Assembly: GCA_003707115.1 (NCBI GenBank)
Contig: PPNB01000001.1
Location: 434,001-498,000, forward strand
Length of the DNA: 64,000 nt
Source: Tortispora ganteri
Lineage: Eukaryota
Direction of reading: 5' to 3'
Under the pieces are notes generated by a model. The model was not told the origin of the DNA. It ran no database searches and saw nothing but the letters and a program-made list of their open reading frames with translations. The position numbers and the translations under genes are program-made. Shown in pieces: positions 59,322 to 64,000 of this stretch (position 1 is the first letter of the stretch; each line of letters opens with the position of its first letter).

Positions 59322-61757
59322 ATGGAAGCAGGCCAACCAAGAGCGAATCGAAGCGCAAAAGTCCGAAAGACCCGTGTACCTCGTTCAATCGCGACCAGAA
59401 TAACAAGGAGAATAATGCCAACAAATCCAGAACGCATAGCCAACTCTCAGGCTGAAAACTTGGCTGTTTTGGCTACGAGAGCAGAAGCGGAGGCATTGGA
59501 GAAGGAATTAGCGCGTCGAACTAGAGAAGAAGGCAGAGAATCTAGACCAGTATCTACTAAAAAAGCTTACGATTCACAGGTCCGAGCTTACAAGGCATGG
59601 TGTGACTTACACTATATGTGTGAATCTGCAGATGGCCCGAGGTACTATGTAACAAAAGGTAAACTCTTAAGGTACCTTAAAGAGTTGGTAGATGTGGGTA
59701 ACCCCAAGGTTCAAATAACAAATGCGGCCGGTGAAACAGTGAATAAACCATATTCTTATTCTTCTATCGATTCAAAGTTATCCGCATTGATATCTCTTTA
59801 TAACATGCAAGTTGCAGAAGTCGCAGAAGCTAATAGAGGAGGTGCATGGGAACATCCTAGAAGTGCAGATGTCAAAACGCTGCTCAAGTCACTGCAGAGG
59901 ACAGAACATAGCCGTAGCAGAGAGAATTACAACGTGTCACAATATACTAAAGGAACTTATGCCCCGGAGGATTTGGTTCGCATATGTCAGCACCTTGTGA
60001 AAGATAAGCAGCAAAATAGTATTTCTCTAGCGACAGCAATCACTACTTGTCATACACTCATGTACAAAGAAGATTCGTTGAGATTTCTGCGAATTATGGA
60101 CATGAAATTGTGCTATTTGGGGCAAACAGGAGCAAAACAAACGCCTGCATTATCATTTGTTTCCACGAGATCCAAAACAAACACGTCATCCAAGCGCTCG
60201 TCATCAGCTAGCATTAGACACAAAGATGTACGTCGCTGTCAGCATGCCTGGTTGGCTATGTATATGTTCGAGCGGTTTCATTCCAATGGCGAAACAATGC
60301 CTGACTTGTCGGATAACACAGACTTCTATGATCGCGCACTCTTCGCTGATTTCGGATATGGCAAAAGCACTAATGACCCGACTCTGAGCATGCCCTACGG
60401 CTCTCATTATGAAGCGATGAGGACATTGTTCAGGAATTTGGGAATTTCTTCTGATCACATAAAGCATGCCTGCAGGTCAGCTGCCGTGCAAGAATGTGAT
60501 ATGTATTCTGATGTAAATGCCGAAGATATCGAAAGCTTTGGTCAATGGATAGGCGTTGACTTTTCAAACGCGGTAACGTCATCCTATCTCTACAACGTAC
60601 CCAAAAAACCAGTTATGGCCCTGGCGGGATTTCACTATGATGATCAGTACACCATACCAAGAGCATTTTACCGTGCCCCCAGATATATTGAAAAGCTGGT
60701 ATTCCCGTTTATAAATAAGTATACCGATATCTTGGATGCGCAAAGTGGTCAAACAGGCCCGCTTAGAGAAGGGATCAGGGACACATGTTTAGCTGAAGTT
60801 TGTGAGAACAAGGATTCCACTTACCTTCAAATGTTGCGCCAAATTGTAGAAGTTTTTGATTATCTGCGAATGGTTTTGCTCCAAGATGCACCCTTGATTT
60901 GGAATGAATATCCTAGTATAAGAACAACTTGGCATATATGGCAGCTGGATGCTTTCTCGCACCCCGATTACTTCGAGTATGCGTCAAGACAGCAACGACG
61001 ATGTGCAGAGTTTCAGCTGAATATATGCCGATACGACAATTCTGATGACGAAACTGCCCAAGATGTGTTGATGTCTGATCTCTCAATGCAACAATCTATT
61101 GTGAGCATAAGGTCTGATATAGCGCAAATCTTGGAGAACCTCGATACTATCAACAATTCATCAAGCCTTATGGAGGAAGGATTTCTGCGATTAAGTTCTC
61201 AAATAGATTCGTTAGGGCAAGAAATGGATTCGTTAGGGCAAGAAATTAAGACACAGATTAGGAGATTAATGAAGCCGATTCGAGTTACGATTGAATATAG
61301 CGATGACGAACAAGATGACCCTCAACGACGGTTAATGCAATCAACTCTGCCTACCGCAAGTATGGTCTCCAGAGCGCAACCACAGTCACAGCCACAGCCA
61401 CAACCAGAGCAAGATCAACCGCCAGAGCCAGCTATTCCGCCGGTGTCATTCATTATGGCACCTAAATCAGTGAAAGTGATCTGGGAGGAGTATGTGACTA
61501 CTCCAAGAACCAGGCCTAGTATAAAGGACTTGGAACGTCTTTACGGAGCAAACTGGCGGGGCGGTGCAGCCTCAGCTAAGTCAAAAGCATTTACTAGGCG
61601 AAATCATGTGTACAAGGCCATAGAAACCGGACTGCAGAGAGGCATGTCATTAGAAACATGCTTTACTTTGTTGGAGAATCATCGCATAAAAGATGGGAAG
61701 AAACGCGGGTTCGCCTCATCTTTGTTTAATGGTGATATTCCTGAGGAATTATTATGA
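59322..61757 (+). mobile_element. CryptonF-type tyrosine recombinase / Ndc10-domain-II protein with C-terminal GCR1_C domain (intact 811-aa ORF; transposon or domesticated derivative)
   Basis: SAM-like N-domain (RP.ST.KAY...Y..WC; L..YL; SALI.LY..Q; HPR...VK.LL); YR motifs SKTN, KHACR, GQW, SYL..P..P..ALAGF; LR.VLLQD; GCR1_C-like SV..IWEEY...PSI..LE..YG.NWR......F.RR. Confidence 0.8.
61202..61247 (+). repeat. 21-bp in-frame tandem duplication (IDSLGQE/MDSLGQE) in the coiled-coil of the Crypton-like ORF
   Basis: GATTCGTTAGGGCAAGAAAT occurs twice with a 21-nt period. Confidence 0.85.
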
Positions 61758-62811
61758 TCTAAAGGTCACGTATGCAACAATACAACAATTATATCTACTT
61801 TTCGCTAGTAACCCCGAGGTTCACTACTGAATCGCTACAAAAATCATCAGAGTTGACATTTAAATACGACCATAAGAGTTTGCCTATATTGTAAAACCAG
61901 AGACAGATATTATCTTTATATTATAATCATATGAACTTTTTTTTTTACTTTTTTTTTTCTAGTTAACGTATGTATCACGTGATTTTAAAATTCTCTGCAC
62001 TTCTAATTGTGCCGGACGTATTTCGGCCGTAACGTTCGGTTCTGCGGCCCCACAGACCTTGCCAACGCTCGTGAATTGTCGGATGCAATTCACCGAAATC
62101 ACTCAAACGATAGTTGTACAATTTAGCTCAATTTGTTGCACCCAATTGCCCCTCACTGTTGCAGGTTCCCCTCATGAAACAGTTCGTTGCCAAGCTACTA
62201 TGGGTTTCAAGGTCATAATCAGTATCGAATCGCTGTTTCCAATGTATACGCTGCTATATGTAGGCCATGTACTCCAATCTCTCTAAAATCATGTTGACTG
62301 TCTGTATTTTATAGACACGGATCGGCATTGTGCTACGAGACATTCAGCATCTATCTCATTGGTGGGTGATCTTACACGTGACCCATCGCTTAATGGCACC
62401 CTACCAATAATAAGGTTAAAGTAACCCCCCCTCCCCCATGTAGGTACTCTTCGGAACAGCTTCGGCAGTAAATATGTCTGTATATCGCGGCCAGTGCGGC
62501 TAGATAGAAAGATAAAACGCGCTTATAAACCCCATACTGTTCTACAAACAAACAGACAGGCAGATAAGTAGGCAAGCTGGTCGAGATGGCGACAATTGTG
62601 TGATTGTAATTGCTGTCACCAAGTATATATAAGGTTTAACTTTTGTGTAATTTATCCACTAAAATGCGGGGATGGTCTTACAGTACTACGCTGGAAAGGT
62701 TAAAAGCAGGTACAAGAAGGTGCAGTTTCCTGCTGTCCGGAAGCAACAATAAGTATAAATAGTGGCATATTGCCCATTTCACCCTGACATAAGATATACT
62801 ACAGATCAAAC

Positions 62812-64000
62812 ATGGGAATTGACACTGCTGCACTCAAGGAGAAAGCTGACGCTGCATTCGAAGCCGCTGTTAACAACAAAGATGCCCCCGTCGCTGGTAT
62901 CGTAGCCGGTGTCACCGACCGCAATGGCGACATATACGAGGGACAAGCCGGATACAGGAGCCTAGAGACCAAAGTACCTATGGATCAGGACACACTGTTC
63001 TACCTCTGGTCGACCACGAAGGCACAAACTGCTGCTGCCCTCCTTCACTTGTACGATCAAGGCAAGATCGACTTCCAGGACCCTGCTAAGAAATATGTCA
63101 AGGAGCTCGAGAATGTCGAGGTATTTGACGGTTTCGATGAATCTGGCAACCTAAAGACGCACCCTGCTAAGACAGACATTACTATTCACCATCTTCTGAC
63201 CCACACAGCTGGTTTCGGCTACTTCTTCTTCAACGACGAGTACCTCGAAATCCTCCAGAAGACCGGCAAGTGCAACATCACCCAGAACACCGTTCATTCC
63301 ATTTCCACCCCTCTGCTCTTTGAGCCTGGCGAAGCATGGAATTACGGTGTCAACATTGACTGGGCAGGAATAGTCTTAGAGCGCGTCTCTGGCATGCGTC
63401 TAGGTGATTATCTCAAGAAGTACTTCTACGAGCCGCTCGGCATGAACGACACAAAGTGGGATCGCACTGAGGCCGACTTAGCCCGTCAGGCTACTCATTA
63501 CCAGCGTGGAAAAGATGGTAAGCTGACTCCCTTGCCTGAGGTCATGCCACTGAAGGGCGAGCAGCATATGGGCGGTCATGGCGCTATTGGCACCGTCCGC
63601 GACTACTTGAAATTCCTGCGCATGTGGTTGAACGAAGGACGCGCGCCTGACGGCACTCAGATCCTTAAACCAGAGACCGTCAAGCTTGCCATGGAACCCA
63701 AGCTCACTACCCAGAAAATCAACAACATCAAGACAAGTCACCCTGACTTCACTAACGATGTTGAGTTTCCTCCAGATGCCGACCTCAATTGGAGCTATGG
63801 ATTCTTAGTCAACCAGGGTCCCTTCCCCACAGGTCGCCCTGCTGGATCTAGCTTCTGGGCTGGTCTTGCTAACCTTTACTTCTGGATCGACACCAAGAAC
63901 GGTATTGCAGGCTACTATGCTTCACAGGTACTGCCGTTCAATGATGTCACTTCTGCCCCTGCCTTCTACGCTCTCGAAGGCGCTGTTTATTCATCTCTCT
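62812..64000 (+). CDS. Beta-lactamase-fold (family VIII) serine esterase, nearly complete; runs off window end (not in ORF track)
   Basis: Manual translation MGIDTAALKEK...GVTDRNGDIYEG...WSTTKA (SxxK)...LLTHTAGFGY...PLLFEPGEAWNYG...MGGHG...TGRPAGSSFWAGLANLYFWID...QVLPF; no stop before 64000. Confidence 0.92.
   Translation, partial: MGIDTAALKEKADAAFEAAVNNKDAPVAGIVAGVTDRNGDIYEGQAGYRSLETKVPMDQDTLFYLWSTTKAQTAAALLHLYDQGKIDFQDPAKKYVKELENVEVFDGFDESGNLKTHPAKTDITIHHLLTHTAGFGYFFFNDEYLEILQKTGKCNITQNTVHSISTPLLFEPGEAWNYGVNIDWAGIVLERVSGMRLGDYLKKYFYEPLGMNDTKWDRTEADLARQATHYQRGKDGKLTPLPEVMPLKGEQHMGGHGAIGTVRDYLKFLRMWLNEGRAPDGTQILKPETVKLAMEPKLTTQKINNIKTSHPDFTNDVEFPPDADLNWSYGFLVNQGPFPTGRPAGSSFWAGLANLYFWIDTKNGIAGYYASQVLPFNDVTSAPAFYALEGAVYSSL

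Noticed and set aside
59322..61757. Starship captain
   Set aside because: Architecture is Ndc10-II + GCR1_C (CryptonF), not DUF3435, and it is not at the edge of the accessory block.
61890..61983. Point-centromere-like pattern: ATCACGTG (CDEI-like) next to an AT-rich tract, beside an Ndc10-related gene
   Set aside because: No CDEIII (CCG core) at the expected distance across the AT-rich tract; it reads equally well as a terminator plus an E-box.

Overview
Gene-dense, intron-poor region of a fungal nuclear genome. It is most likely an early-diverging budding yeast (Saccharomycotina): CTG is read as Leu at conserved sites, introns are GTAAGT...CTAAC...YAG, and it keeps a class III chitin synthase, a urg1-like gene and acetoacetyl-CoA synthetase. 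Bases 1-52 kb are mostly conserved housekeeping genes (TAF7, ATG2, GDH2, ADK1, HIS3, ACT1, ELF1, RHB1, BUR1, AHA1, PCL cyclin, FMC1, APE4, CCR4, PHO13, SEC23, CHS, GTB1, TRF4, HOM3, APS1) plus tRNA-Gly(TCC) and an intron-containing tRNA-Lys(TTT). Right after tRNA-Lys the character changes to an accessory-looking block with long spacers (52.4-64 kb). It holds an amidohydrolase and a HOL1-type MFS transporter as a divergent pair, an intact CryptonF-type tyrosine-recombinase/Ndc10-GCR1_C gene, and a bacterial-looking beta-lactamase-fold esterase. The ORF track misses several features: TAF7 and the esterase (both run off the window), the ACT1 and SEC23 first exons, and a 55-aa Cys-rich CaaX microprotein that forms a tail-to-tail paralog pair with a 70-aa ORF. 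All family calls come from motif recognition, not database searches.
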